A DNA stretch of 64,000 nt from Polyangiaceae bacterium (GTDB lineage: Bacteria; Myxococcota_A; Polyangia; Polyangiales; Polyangiaceae): positions 160,288-224,287 of the forward strand of contig JBNKBE010000004.1 in assembly GCA_050287085.1 (NCBI GenBank). Direction: 5' to 3'. This document shows, piece after piece, positions 20,318 through 29,897 of this stretch. Made by a program: the position numbers and the translations under genes. Position 1 is the stretch's first letter. Every line of letters starts with the position of its first letter. The notes under the pieces are model-generated. The model was given only the letters and a program-made list of their open reading frames with translations, was not told the DNA's origin and searched no databases.

Positions 20318-20370
20318 GGCTGATTCCTTAAGTATTCAGTAGTTAACGAACATGCCTGGGCGCCGAGGGC

Positions 20371-21210
20371 ATGTTAGAACCATGTCTTATGGTTTCCCCC
20401 GCCCTCGGCCGTCTCCAATCCGCGATCCGTCGACTGGATTCGGTCTTGGTGTGCTTTTCAGGCGGGATCGATAGCGCTCTCGTGTCGGCTATTGCGCATC
20501 GCCAACTGGGTGAGCGAGCCGTCGCGTTGACCGCATTGAGTCCGAGTTTGGCGCCGGTAGACCGTCTGGACGCGGAGCGTACGGCCCGCGCCTTGGGGAT
20601 CCAACACGTGCTCAGGGACTCCCACGAGCTCAGCCGTCCAGGGTATGTCAAGAACGGCTCCGACCGCTGTTATCACTGCAAAAGTGAGCTCTACACTATT
20701 GCAGAACGTGAACGTCGTGCCCTGGGACTAGCTCACATCGCCAACGGCTCGAATCTTGACGATCTTGGCGACTACCGTCCAGGTCTAAAAGCTGCCAGCG
20801 AGGCCGGCGTAGAAAGCCCTCTCATCACCGCTCGACTCACCAAAGCGGACGTGCGCGCCGTGGCCCGCGAGATCGGTCTGGAACTCTGGTCCAAGCCTGC
20901 CGGGGCTTGCCTCGCCAGTCGTCTACCCTATGGCAGCGAGGTGCAACCCGAGCGCTTGGCTCAGATCGCAACCTTCGAAGCGGCCCTCCGCGAACTCGGC
21001 TTCCCTCTGGTTCGGGTTCGGTGGCATGACACCGTCGCCCGAATCGAAGTTCCTTCTGAAGATCTGTTGCGCTTGTGCACAATGAGCGAGCGCGCACAAG
21101 CCTTGGGACGCGCTTCAGGATTTCACTTCATCACCGTCGACCTGGGGGGATACCGCCGAGGTTCGCTCAACGAGCTGCTGGAGGGTCGCCGCCTTCGCAT
21201 TGTCTCCTGA
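20371..21210 (+). CDS. larE: ATP-dependent sulfur transferase LarE (TIGR00268 family)
   Basis: PP-loop SGGIDS, RCYHCK, DDLGDYRPG, CLASRLPYG and VRVRWH. Start is 20371 or 20389. Confidence 0.92.
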   Translation: MLEPCLMVSPALGRLQSAIRRLDSVLVCFSGGIDSALVSAIAHRQLGERAVALTALSPSLAPVDRLDAERTARALGIQHVLRDSHELSRPGYVKNGSDRCYHCKSELYTIAERERRALGLAHIANGSNLDDLGDYRPGLKAASEAGVESPLITARLTKADVRAVAREIGLELWSKPAGACLASRLPYGSEVQPERLAQIATFEAALRELGFPLVRVRWHDTVARIEVPSEDLLRLCTMSERAQALGRASGFHFITVDLGGYRRGSLNELLEGRRLRIVS

Positions 21211-21396
21211 CGCTTCTGCGGGCCCCAGATGCCCCCTGGGGTAGGTTTCCCCTCCCCCCAGGGCAGAAGCCCCACGCTCACGCCCTGGCGCGCCTCAGAC
21301 CGTCTCCGCACGCAGCTCAGCAGCCCGGGGTGGCGTGAAACGCAAGAAGCGCCCAGAGCCGTTGCTCCAGACGCTTCCCAGGCGGCTTGCGTTGCC

Positions 21397-23613
21397 CTAT
21401 TCGGAGCGAGGGGTACGCGAACGAGGCGGGCGACGTCGGCCGCCTCCATCGCGATCACGACGCGGGCCCGCCGCCCCATCGCGCCGAGGGGGGCGTTCAG
21501 CAGGGCGTTCCTCCATACCTTCCGGCACCGGCAGCAACGCGCGACGGCTGAGGCGGATCTTCCCGTCGCGTTCGACGCTCAGCACCTTGACCTCGATCTC
21601 GTCGCCCTCTTGCAATACGGCGCCCACGTCCTCAGTTCGCTCGTGTGCGATCTCAGATACGTGGAGCAGTGCCTCCGTGTTCGGCAAGATCTCGACAAAC
21701 GCACCGAAGTCGACGACGCGCTTGACGACGCCCTGGTAGACCTTATCGACCTCCGGCTCCTCGAGCAGTCCTTCGATGATCTTGACGGCCCGCGCCACGG
21801 CTTCTGAGTCTGCTGACGCCACCGCGACCGTTCCGTCATCTTCGATATTGATCGAACAACCTGTCTGCTCGGTAATCCCCTTGATGGTCTTGCCGCCAGA
21901 GCCGATGATGATTCGGATTTGCTCCGGCTTAACCTTGAGGCTGGTGATGCGCGGGGCCCAACGGCTCAACTCCGGACGATGGCTCGGAAGCGTTGCGAGC
22001 ATTCGGTCGAGGATGTGTGCACGTCCGTCACGCGCTTGAGACAAGGCTTCTTCCATCAGCGAGCGAGGAAGACCCTTGATCTTGATGTCCATCTGGATCG
22101 CTGTGATCCCCTTCGCGGTGCCGCACACCTTGAAGTCCATGTCCCCCAGGTGGTCCTCGTCGCCGAGAATGTCGCTAAGAATGGCGTAGCGCTCCCCTTC
22201 TTTGATCATGCCCATCGCGATCCCAGCCACGGGCGCCTGTATGGGAACACCGCAGTCCATCATCGCCAGGGTGCCGCCACATACCGATGCCATCGAGCTT
22301 GAACCGTTCGATTCGAGCACCTCGCTCACGAGCCGCAAGGTGTAGGGAAAGTCTTGATGCTTGGGAATGATCCGCGCCAGAGCTCGCTCCGCCAGGGCCC
22401 CATGCCCGATTTCACGCCGCGCAGGTCCGCGCATCGGCTTGGTCTCGCCGGTGCAGAAGGGAGGGAAGTTGTAGTGGAGCATGAAGCGCTTCCACGTTTC
22501 TCCGGTCAGACCATCGATCTTCTGCTCGTCGGTGGCGGTACCGAGAGTACAGGTGGCGATCGCCTGAGTTTCTCCGCGTTGGAACAAGGCCGAGCCATGG
22601 GTGCGCGGCAGCAATCCCGGTTCGCAGCTGATCGGGCGGATCGTCCTGGAGTCCCGTCCGTCGATACGGCTGCCGGTCTCCAGCACCATGTTTCGAACCA
22701 CGTCGTACTTACGATGTTCAAACTCATCCTTGATGAGCTTCTCGTTCTCCGACCAGACGGCGTCATCGAGCTCGGAGCGCAAAGTCTCAACCAGCTTGGT
22801 CTTGATGGCACCGTACGCTTCATAACGAGCGTGTTTGGCGCGCACCACACAAGCCTTGGCAATGTCGGCATCGACCACTGCTTTGACCCGTTCTGCCAGC
22901 TCAGGCGAGAGGGCTGGCACGGAGAACTCGCGCTTCTCCTTGCCCACGGCTTTGCGCAGCTTATCAATCAGCTCAAGGATCGGCTGCGCCTGTTGGTGAG
23001 CGAACTCCAAAGCGTCGATGACGTCGGTTTCGCTGGCCTCCGCCGCTCCGCCTTCAACCATGATGATCGCGTCTTTGCTAGCCGCGACCGTGATATCGAG
23101 ATCTGCAGTCTCGAGTTCCTTGAATGTCGGATAGGCCACGAAACGCCCGTCGACTCGGCCAACACGTACACCGACCACAGGGCCATCCCACGGGATGTCC
23201 GAGATGTGTAACGCGGCGCTCGCGCCGATCAAGGCCAACACGTCGGTTGGGTTTTCCTGATCGCTGCTCATCACCGTAGCGATGATCTGAGTGTCCTTGC
23301 GGTAGCCCTTTGGAAACAGCGGACGGAGAGGACGGTCCATCAGTCTGGCCGTGAGCGTCTCGTTCTCCCTTAGGCGCCCTTCTCGCTTGAAGAAGCCGCC
23401 TGGGATGCGCCCGGCGGCGTAGGTCTTCTCGACGTATTCACACGTCATGGGGAAGAAATCGAGACCGGGGCGCTCGCTGGTCGAAACAGCGGTCACCAGC
23501 ACGACACTTTCGCCGTACGTAACCAACACGGCGCCGTCGGCCTGCTTTGCCAAACGGCCAGTCTCCAAGGTGAGCGGTCGACCGCCGACCTTGACGGATT
23601 CTCTAACAAACAT
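21397..23613 (-). CDS. pnp: Polyribonucleotide nucleotidyltransferase
   Basis: [43 protein letters not shown], plus KH and S1 domains. Confidence 0.98.
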   Translation of the reverse strand: MFVRESVKVGGRPLTLETGRLAKQADGAVLVTYGESVVLVTAVSTSERPGLDFFPMTCEYVEKTYAAGRIPGGFFKREGRLRENETLTARLMDRPLRPLFPKGYRKDTQIIATVMSSDQENPTDVLALIGASAALHISDIPWDGPVVGVRVGRVDGRFVAYPTFKELETADLDITVAASKDAIIMVEGGAAEASETDVIDALEFAHQQAQPILELIDKLRKAVGKEKREFSVPALSPELAERVKAVVDADIAKACVVRAKHARYEAYGAIKTKLVETLRSELDDAVWSENEKLIKDEFEHRKYDVVRNMVLETGSRIDGRDSRTIRPISCEPGLLPRTHGSALFQRGETQAIATCTLGTATDEQKIDGLTGETWKRFMLHYNFPPFCTGETKPMRGPARREIGHGALAERALARIIPKHQDFPYTLRLVSEVLESNGSSSMASVCGGTLAMMDCGVPIQAPVAGIAMGMIKEGERYAILSDILGDEDHLGDMDFKVCGTAKGITAIQMDIKIKGLPRSLMEEALSQARDGRAHILDRMLATLPSHRPELSRWAPRITSLKVKPEQIRIIIGSGGKTIKGITEQTGCSINIEDDGTVAVASADSEAVARAVKIIEGLLEEPEVDKVYQGVVKRVVDFGAFVEILPNTEALLHVSEIAHERTEDVGAVLQEGDEIEVKVLSVERDGKIRLSRRALLPVPEGMEERPAERPPRRDGAAGPRRDRDGGGRRRPPRSRTPRSE

Positions 23614-23793
23614 GCTATCGCGCTCCTGCGCATGCCGCTGCGTGCGGCCAGACGCTGACGACGGCGCGTATCGCTTCAGCCTCGGTTCTTGAGCACTACC
23701 GCATTGGGGTGACGCCCACGAATCGAAGTTGAAGAACCAATTCGGGCCGAGTCAGATGATTGTCGAACTTCGAGTTGTCCTGCGATGGAAAGC

Positions 23794-23822
23794 AAAACGC
23801 CCGACCCCGTGGGGCCGGGCGT
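23794..23822 (-). terminator. Intrinsic terminator after rpsO
   Basis: Minus strand ACGCCCGGCCC-CACG-GGGTCGGGCGT followed by TTT, starting 8 nt after the rpsO stop. Confidence 0.7.
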
Positions 23823-23829
23823 CGAGAGC

Positions 23830-24099
23830 CTAGCGGCGGAGTCCTAGCGTGGCCACCAATTTGCGATAGCGACCTAGGTCCGTGCGCTTGATGTAGTCGA
23901 GCAGCCGACGACGTTGGCTGACCAGCTTGAGCAAACCTCGACGCGAGTGGTGGTCCTTCTTGTGCGTCTTGAAGTGCTCGGTGAGGTGGACGATGCGCTG
24001 CGTGAGCAGTGCGACCTGCACCTCGGTCGAACCGGTGTCTTTGTCGTGTAGCTTGTGCTGCGCAATGGTTTCTGCGCGTTCTTGAGTTCCGATTGGCAT
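23830..24099 (-). CDS. rpsO: 30S ribosomal protein S15
   Basis: [16 protein letters not shown] and [22 protein letters not shown]; 89 aa from ATG 24099; upstream of pnp. Confidence 0.98.
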   Translation of the reverse strand: MPIGTQERAETIAQHKLHDKDTGSTEVQVALLTQRIVHLTEHFKTHKKDHHSRRGLLKLVSQRRRLLDYIKRTDLGRYRKLVATLGLRR

Positions 24100-24313
24100 A
24101 GGTTCCCTTTGCGGGTTGCTGGTTTGAGGAAGCAGCAACTTACCCGCACGTGCGACTCCCAGAGTTGCTGGTCGCTTTGGGACGCGGAAAACAGCGCCAA
24201 AAAGGACGACCCTGCTGGGACTTGCGTGAGGGCAAGGAGTGGGGCGAGCTTCTAACCGGGAACCCCGGAGAGGGCAAGGTCGCGGGCTCACCCTGGGCGA
24301 ACCTTGAGCCAGT

Positions 24314-26110
24314 CTAGTCGTCAGCCGGGCGACCGGATGAGAGTCTGCCGCGGTGCTGAAGTCGCGACTCCACGGCTTCGGCGCTGGATAGTGACAACGC
24401 TTCTGCCGCGAGCGCGCGAGCTTCCGCGCTCGAAACCGCCCGGAGGGCTTTGCGAACCCGTCCCAAAGCTTGGGCCTCGACGCTGAGACTGTCGAAACCC
24501 AAGCCGAGAAGCAACACGGCCATGGCTGGATCACTCGCACTCGCGCCACACACCGAAACAGGCGTCTTGCTGGCAGTTGCGGCCTCTGCGATCAGCTTCA
24601 GCAAGCGCAATACCGCCGGGTCGAGGGGGCTGGCGAGATGGGCCACCTCCGATGAGCCGCGATCGGCGGCCATCGTGTATTGCACTAGGTCGTTGGTTCC
24701 GACGCTGAAGAAGTCAGCGACGGTTGCGAGATGATCCGCCGTCAAGGCGGCGGCGGGCACCTCCAGCATGCATCCCAAGGGGACCGCCGCATGAGCCGCG
24801 TCGGGAGTGTTGCCTTCGCTGACGAGCTCGTCGCGGGCCGCTTCAAACAGGCTTCGCGCGGCCCTCATCTCAGCGACCGTGGTCACCATTGGAACCATGA
24901 TCCGCATCGCCCCAAACGCGGCAGCTCGCAATAGAGCTCGGAATTGGATCCGGAGTTGAGCGGGCTGTGCCAGCGATAGTCGTAGCGCCCGAAGGCCGAG
25001 CGCCGGATTGGATTGGCGGGGCATGGAGACGACTCCGCCGAACTTGTCTCCCCCTATGTCGAAGGTCCGAAATGTGACGGGACGTCCGCCCGTGCTCTGC
25101 ACCACATCTCGATACACCCGAAACTGTTCCTCCTCACTCGGGAACGCGGTCCCCCGACTCAAGAGGAACTCGGTGCGGTAGAGCCCTATCCCCGCTGCGC
25201 CGGCGCGGAGCGCCGCCCCCACCTCAAACGGAAACTCGATGTTTGCAGCCAGCTCAAACGGGACCTTATCTAACGTGAGGCAAGGGCTCGGGACGAGCGC
25301 TTCTTGCCCCGGGGTTTCAGGGGCGACGCTGTCAGCCAGGTGGAGCGCCTGATGATCGGGAGAGAATACGACCCAGCCGCGGGTTCCATCGACCACGGCC
25401 AATGAGTGTCCGCGGGCCGCTGCCAATGCCCCGGAGCAACCGACAACCGCCGGGATCCCAAGGGCGCGGGCCAGGATTGCCACGTGTGATGTTCTGGTTC
25501 CCGCTTCGGTCACAATGGCTAGAATTTGCTCGGGAGCAAGCTCGGCCGCCTCCGCCGGGCTCAGTTCCTGGGCGACCAATACACACGGGTGTGGAGGGGG
25601 CTGCAGAGCGCGGGCGTGCCTGCGTTCCTTCCCCGGCAGCGCTTCCAGCAGCAGCGTGGCCACGAATCGAATGTCGTGCCCGCGTTCGCGCAGATAGGGA
25701 TCGGGCGTGCTTTCCAGCTGTCGCGCCAGGCCATCCGTTGCGTCTTCAATGGCCCACTCCAGACACTTCGCTTGCGCTCGAATCCGTGTCGCTACCTCGC
25801 TTTCGAGGACGGAATCCTTCAGCATCAGTAGGTAGGCATCGAGTATCGACAGCTCGGCTCGCGCGCCACGGGAGGCCGCCTGCTTCCGCACCACTGTGAG
25901 CTTTTCGCTCGCTTGCTCCACGGCCCCCGCGTATCGCTCCAGCTCGAGCGCTACGTCCTGTGGACGGATCGTCCGCTCGAGACGGGCCACCGGTGGACTC
26001 TCCAGGAGCCAAAGCGGTCCGACCCGCACGCCCTCCGACGCAGCTCGGCCCTCAAGGCGCCGGGCCGATGCCGTCGCCCCCCCCGTCTCGCTAGGTGTGT
26101 CCGATGCCAT
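24314..26110 (-). CDS. ptsI: Phosphoenolpyruvate-protein phosphotransferase (PTS enzyme I)
   Basis: Phospho-His motif [36 protein letters not shown] and [10 protein letters not shown]. No N-terminal GAF domain. Confidence 0.95.
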   Translation of the reverse strand: MASDTPSETGGATASARRLEGRAASEGVRVGPLWLLESPPVARLERTIRPQDVALELERYAGAVEQASEKLTVVRKQAASRGARAELSILDAYLLMLKDSVLESEVATRIRAQAKCLEWAIEDATDGLARQLESTPDPYLRERGHDIRFVATLLLEALPGKERRHARALQPPPHPCVLVAQELSPAEAAELAPEQILAIVTEAGTRTSHVAILARALGIPAVVGCSGALAAARGHSLAVVDGTRGWVVFSPDHQALHLADSVAPETPGQEALVPSPCLTLDKVPFELAANIEFPFEVGAALRAGAAGIGLYRTEFLLSRGTAFPSEEEQFRVYRDVVQSTGGRPVTFRTFDIGGDKFGGVVSMPRQSNPALGLRALRLSLAQPAQLRIQFRALLRAAAFGAMRIMVPMVTTVAEMRAARSLFEAARDELVSEGNTPDAAHAAVPLGCMLEVPAAALTADHLATVADFFSVGTNDLVQYTMAADRGSSEVAHLASPLDPAVLRLLKLIAEAATASKTPVSVCGASASDPAMAVLLLGLGFDSLSVEAQALGRVRKALRAVSSAEARALAAEALSLSSAEAVESRLQHRGRLSSGRPADD

Positions 26111-26119
26111 CTTGCCTCG

Positions 26120-26392
26120 TCAGACGTCTTCTCCAAACTTGTCGGAAAATAAGGCTCCGATGCGCGCGAGTGCCTGTTCGGCGTCGGGGCCATCTGCGAC
26201 GAAGTGTACCTGACAGCCCTTTGAACCGCAGAGCAGGAGTACCCCCATCACGCTCTTGGCGTTGGCGACTTGCTCCCCTCGACGGGCTTCGATCTCGGAG
26301 GCGAAAGAAGAGGCTAGCTGAACCAACTTGGACGCTGCTCGGGCGTGCAGACCGCGTTCGTTGACCACTTCGAATGTGTCTTCTACCCGCAA
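26120..26392 (-). CDS. ptsH: HPr phosphocarrier protein
   Basis: GLHARAAS (His15) and NAKSVMG (Ser46). TTG start with GAAAGG upstream. Confidence 0.95.
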   Translation of the reverse strand: MRVEDTFEVVNERGLHARAASKLVQLASSFASEIEARRGEQVANAKSVMGVLLLCGSKGCQVHFVADGPDAEQALARIGALFSDKFGEDV

Positions 26393-26425
26393 AGGAATGC
26401 CTTTCTGGTTGGCGTTGGCGCTGCG

Positions 26426-27370
26426 TCAGAGGGAATTGGGGCGGAGCGTGTTGCTCCCACGGTGAATGTCGCGGTGCACGACGTCGAGTTCAAGCGCCAG
26501 CATGGTCCGGATCTTAGCTGCCACCCGCTCTGCTATCGCGACGGAACGATGCCTTCCTCCGGTACACCCGAAGCCCACGGTGAAGTAGCTTTTCCCTTCT
26601 TGCTGGTAGCGTGGAATCAAGAAGAGTAGCAGCTCCTCAACGGTGTGACAGAAGGTTTCGGCATCGCCTTGTTCACCCACGAAGCGCTGGATCTCCGCGT
26701 CGAGTCCGGTGAGCGATCTGAGCTCTGGGACGAAGTAGGGATTGTTCAAGAAGCGAACGTCAAACAGCGTGTCGCAGCCTGCCGCGGCGCCATACTTGAA
26801 GCCAAAAGAAACGAATCGAACCACGAGACTGCGTTTGGGGCCGCTGCGTGGCTTGAAGAGTCGCAGCACTTCGCGGCGAAGCTCGTGCACGCTCATCTCC
26901 GTGGAGTCGAGGACGACTCCGGCCTGGGCTCGCAGCGAGATCAGTCGTTCGCGTTCTAGCTGGATCCCGTCACCAATGCTCAATGAGGGTTCTGGTGTAC
27001 CATCCGCCTTGGTTGACAACACGCGCAGTGGATGCGGACGCCGGGTACTCCCAAAGCGGGTGGCGAGTGCCGTATCCGACGCGTCCAGGAATAGCAATGT
27101 GGTGCGATAGCGGTCAGGGGTGTGCGTGAGGGCGGAGGTCACATCCTTCAAGAAGGGCCCCACCCGAACGTCGATTCCAAACGCTACGAAGGCGAGTCCG
27201 TCTTGGGTACAGGCCTCCAAGGCGGCCGCAAAGGCTCGCGGCGGCAAGTTGTCAATGCAGTAGAAGCCGAGGTCTTCGAGAGCATGTAGCGCGGTCGAGC
27301 GCCCCGCCCCGCTCATGCCCGTGACGACTACCAGCTCCGCTTCACGGGCGCCAGTCTGTGCGGGGCTCAT
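26426..27370 (-). CDS. rapZ: RNase adapter RapZ (YvcJ family P-loop protein)
   Basis: GMSGAGRS, LEDLGFYCIDNLP, SFGFKYG, DVRFLNNPY and GCTGGRHRSV. Confidence 0.95.
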   Translation of the reverse strand: MSPAQTGAREAELVVVTGMSGAGRSTALHALEDLGFYCIDNLPPRAFAAALEACTQDGLAFVAFGIDVRVGPFLKDVTSALTHTPDRYRTTLLFLDASDTALATRFGSTRRPHPLRVLSTKADGTPEPSLSIGDGIQLERERLISLRAQAGVVLDSTEMSVHELRREVLRLFKPRSGPKRSLVVRFVSFGFKYGAAAGCDTLFDVRFLNNPYFVPELRSLTGLDAEIQRFVGEQGDAETFCHTVEELLLFLIPRYQQEGKSYFTVGFGCTGGRHRSVAIAERVAAKIRTMLALELDVVHRDIHRGSNTLRPNSL

Positions 27371-28458
27371 GTATTGTTGCCCTTCTTCTTGACCGGCGCG
27401 GGAATGCTGCTTTCCAATACGGAACGTGCGGGAGCGTGGCTATCGCGCGGCGATAAGGGGGCCCGAGGAGGCTGAGTCGAAGGTGTTGCAAGGCGACTCG
27501 CCGATTCGACCCGCTCCAAGAAAGCGCGCGTTGCGTCCCTGCCCGCCTGACGCAGCAGTTCATTGCGCGCCGCGATTTCGATGATGGCGCTGGCATTGCG
27601 CCCCGGACGGACCGGGATGAGGACCTCCCGAATGGGTACGCCCAGAATCTCATAGGTGCCTTCACCCGGTCCCAGACGGTCAAGCCGGCTTTCGTCGATG
27701 TCCTCCTGCAAACGAACCACCAAATCGATGCGTTTGCGCTCGCGGATAGCCGTGACGCCGTACAGATCTTTGATGTCGAGAATGCCGAGCCCGCGCACCT
27801 CGATGTGGTGTCGCAACAGTTCAGCGGGCTCCGCGAAGACCATGCCTGGCGGGCGGTAGTCGCATTCCACGACGTCGTCGGCCACCAGCTTGTGCCCGCG
27901 CATGACCAATTCAAGAGCGGTCTCGCTTTTACCGATGCCGCTGCGTCCGAGGAGCAACACGCCCACCTCGAAGACGTCGACCAATACCGCGTGAATGCGG
28001 GTGCGGGGCGCGAGAAGCTCGTCCAACAAGGTGTGAATCGCTGTGATGGCCACACTGGAGCGTTGCCGGCAGACGAGGGTGGGCGTGTCCGTGCGCTCGG
28101 CTTCGCTTATGAAGTCGTCGGGGGGCTCCGCGCCGCGGGTGATGATCACACACGCTAGACCGAGCGAAAACAGATCTCGCGCGGCCTGGCGTCGCCGCTC
28201 CTCGGGCAAGGCCTCAACGAATGTGAGCTCGGTTTCGCCGAGAATCTGAATCCGCGTCGGCACGAGTCCGTGCATGTGGCCCACCATGGCCAGCCCTGAC
28301 TTCTGGATGCGCGGATGGTCGATCTCGCGAGTGAGGCCCCCCTTGCCGGCAAGCAAGCGAACCTCTAGCTGCAGTCTGGGATCTTCGATCAGGTCACCCA
28401 CACTGATCGTCAGCTTGTGGGTGGGGCGCGGGTCGAAGAGGCTATTGACCTGACCCAT
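27367..28458 (-). CDS. hprK: HPr kinase/phosphorylase
   Basis: GRSGIGKSETALEL, LVADD, IEVRGLGI and PVRPGRN. Confidence 0.96.
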   Translation of the reverse strand: MGQVNSLFDPRPTHKLTISVGDLIEDPRLQLEVRLLAGKGGLTREIDHPRIQKSGLAMVGHMHGLVPTRIQILGETELTFVEALPEERRRQAARDLFSLGLACVIITRGAEPPDDFISEAERTDTPTLVCRQRSSVAITAIHTLLDELLAPRTRIHAVLVDVFEVGVLLLGRSGIGKSETALELVMRGHKLVADDVVECDYRPPGMVFAEPAELLRHHIEVRGLGILDIKDLYGVTAIRERKRIDLVVRLQEDIDESRLDRLGPGEGTYEILGVPIREVLIPVRPGRNASAIIEIAARNELLRQAGRDATRAFLERVESASRLATPSTQPPRAPLSPRDSHAPARSVLESSIPAPVKKKGNNT

Positions 28459-28918
28459 CGGATTCTCCCTGCTCGACTAGCTTGAAGAGTTCTTGCGCTG
28501 TGCTTGACGCGAAGAGGGCCCGCCGAGTGTTTGGATCGTGGAGCAGACGACTGACGCGGGCGAGCAACTTGAGGTGCTCTCCGCCGGCCCTTTCCGGACC
28601 GACGACGCCAAAGAAGAGATAGGCCGGTTCGCCATCGATGGCGCCGAACTCAACCCCGCTTCGACTCAGAACCAGCGCCGCGAGCTGTCGTCCGACGCCG
28701 GGAAGCCCAGTGTGGGGGATCGCGATGCCGTGCCCGATTCCAGTGGAGCGCAGCCGCTCCCGCTCGAGCAGGCCCTCGAATACCGTGGTTGCACTCTGCT
28801 GTACGGCCGGCGCAAGCAGGTCTGCAACGGCGCGCAACACACCCTCGCGTGTTGACGGCACCGCCACGTCATCCAGGACCCGGATCCGATCAGGGCTCAG
28901 GGTTTCGACCACACGCAT
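28442..28918 (-). CDS. ptsN: PTS EIIA, nitrogen-regulatory type
   Basis: LLERERLRSTGIGHGIAIPH, FGAIDGEP and HLKLLARVSRLL; sits in the rpoN operon. Confidence 0.9.
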   Translation of the reverse strand: MRVVETLSPDRIRVLDDVAVPSTREGVLRAVADLLAPAVQQSATTVFEGLLERERLRSTGIGHGIAIPHTGLPGVGRQLAALVLSRSGVEFGAIDGEPAYLFFGVVGPERAGGEHLKLLARVSRLLHDPNTRRALFASSTAQELFKLVEQGESDGSGQ

Positions 28919-28999
28919 GTCTTGCTTTCCGTCGCTAGAGCCATCGCTTGCACCCCTCAGGTGTCCGCGATCTCAAACTCGAGTGCAAGGCCCTTCGGC

Positions 29000-29207
29000 G
29001 GTCGCCCCGATTCCCCGTGAGCTCGCGCCGCGTCGTTGCGGGTGAGCCCTTTCCCTATCGGTCCGTGGAAGCTGCCCGGCTCCAAGAATGAATGACGGAC
29101 TGCTTGGGACTGCCGACGGGAGTTCGCCACGCTCCCCTCGGACAGCTCGCATCACCTTGGAAGTCCCACCACGGCCCCCCGGGCTGCACCCGAGGTGAAG
29201 GGCGACC
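29000..29207 (-). ncRNA. Candidate structured RNA (unassigned) between hpf and ptsN
   Basis: Several nested complementary segments form a rod, with G-U wobbles favouring the minus strand. No family recognised by eye (see findings). Confidence 0.5.
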
Positions 29208-29224
29208 CAGGGCTATTCGACGGC

Positions 29225-29563
29225 TTATTCGACAACGTCGCCGGGCCGCCCCCGGACCGTCTCGCCGCTGCGTCGACGTTTGGCGTCCATCGCGCCCTTG
29301 GTCGCGTCGATCTGGCGCTCCAACTTGTCGATGACCTTGTCGATGGCGGCGTAGAGATCGTCGTTGGTCTCCCGTGCCTCGTGATGCTCTTGGCCGCTTG
29401 ACACACGCACTTCGGCCGACTTCTCGTGCTTCTCGACGGACAGAGTCACCTTCGCTGTCATGGGTTGACGCAGGAACTTCTGGACTTTGGCGACCTTCTC
29501 AGTCGCGTAGGTTTTGATGGCGTCCGTCGCTTCCATGTGCCGAAAGGTTATCGATATGTTCAT
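29225..29563 (-). CDS. hpf: Ribosome hibernation promoting factor HPF/RaiA (short form)
   Basis: MNISITFRHMEATDAIKTYATEKVAK and DLYAAIDKVIDKLERQI; downstream of rpoN; SD GAGGAG. Confidence 0.95.
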   Translation of the reverse strand: MNISITFRHMEATDAIKTYATEKVAKVQKFLRQPMTAKVTLSVEKHEKSAEVRVSSGQEHHEARETNDDLYAAIDKVIDKLERQIDATKGAMDAKRRRSGETVRGRPGDVVE

Positions 29564-29897
29564 GTTCTCCTCGTCATTGCCTTGACACTACCTCGGCCTT
29601 CTGAGCCCAAGCGGGCCCGCCGAAGCTTGCTGACCGCGACCGTTTGGTGCGGCATTGTGTGGGAGCGGCCTTTGTGTGGGATAGGCGGCGTGAGTCGACC
29701 TCACACAGCCTTGGCGAGTCCCGCTATTGGCCAGACCCGATACAACCAGAACCGATCTGTGATCGGTAGTCTAAAAGCACCTAAGAACCTGGATTCTGCC
29801 AACCTGCCCATTTGTTTGCGAGCTAGCTTTGGGGCCCATCAAAGGCCGTTGGAACCATTGTCGGGTGTAAACCCGAACGAAGTAAGCGGTGGGTGAG

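Noticed and set aside
14440..20370. Integrative element inserted at tRNA-Glu
   Set aside because: No integrase, transposase or duplicated tRNA 3' end (att site) was seen. Only the compositional shift remains, which is reported as a finding.
24100..24549. 239-aa version of rpsO in the ORF track
   Set aside because: S15 is the last 89 aa; the extension overlaps ptsI and the leader region.
27290..27325. RapZ Walker A with Arg in place of Lys (GMSGAGRS) as a sign of inactivation
   Set aside because: This variant is familiar from other RapZ/YvcJ homologues, and the remaining motifs are intact.
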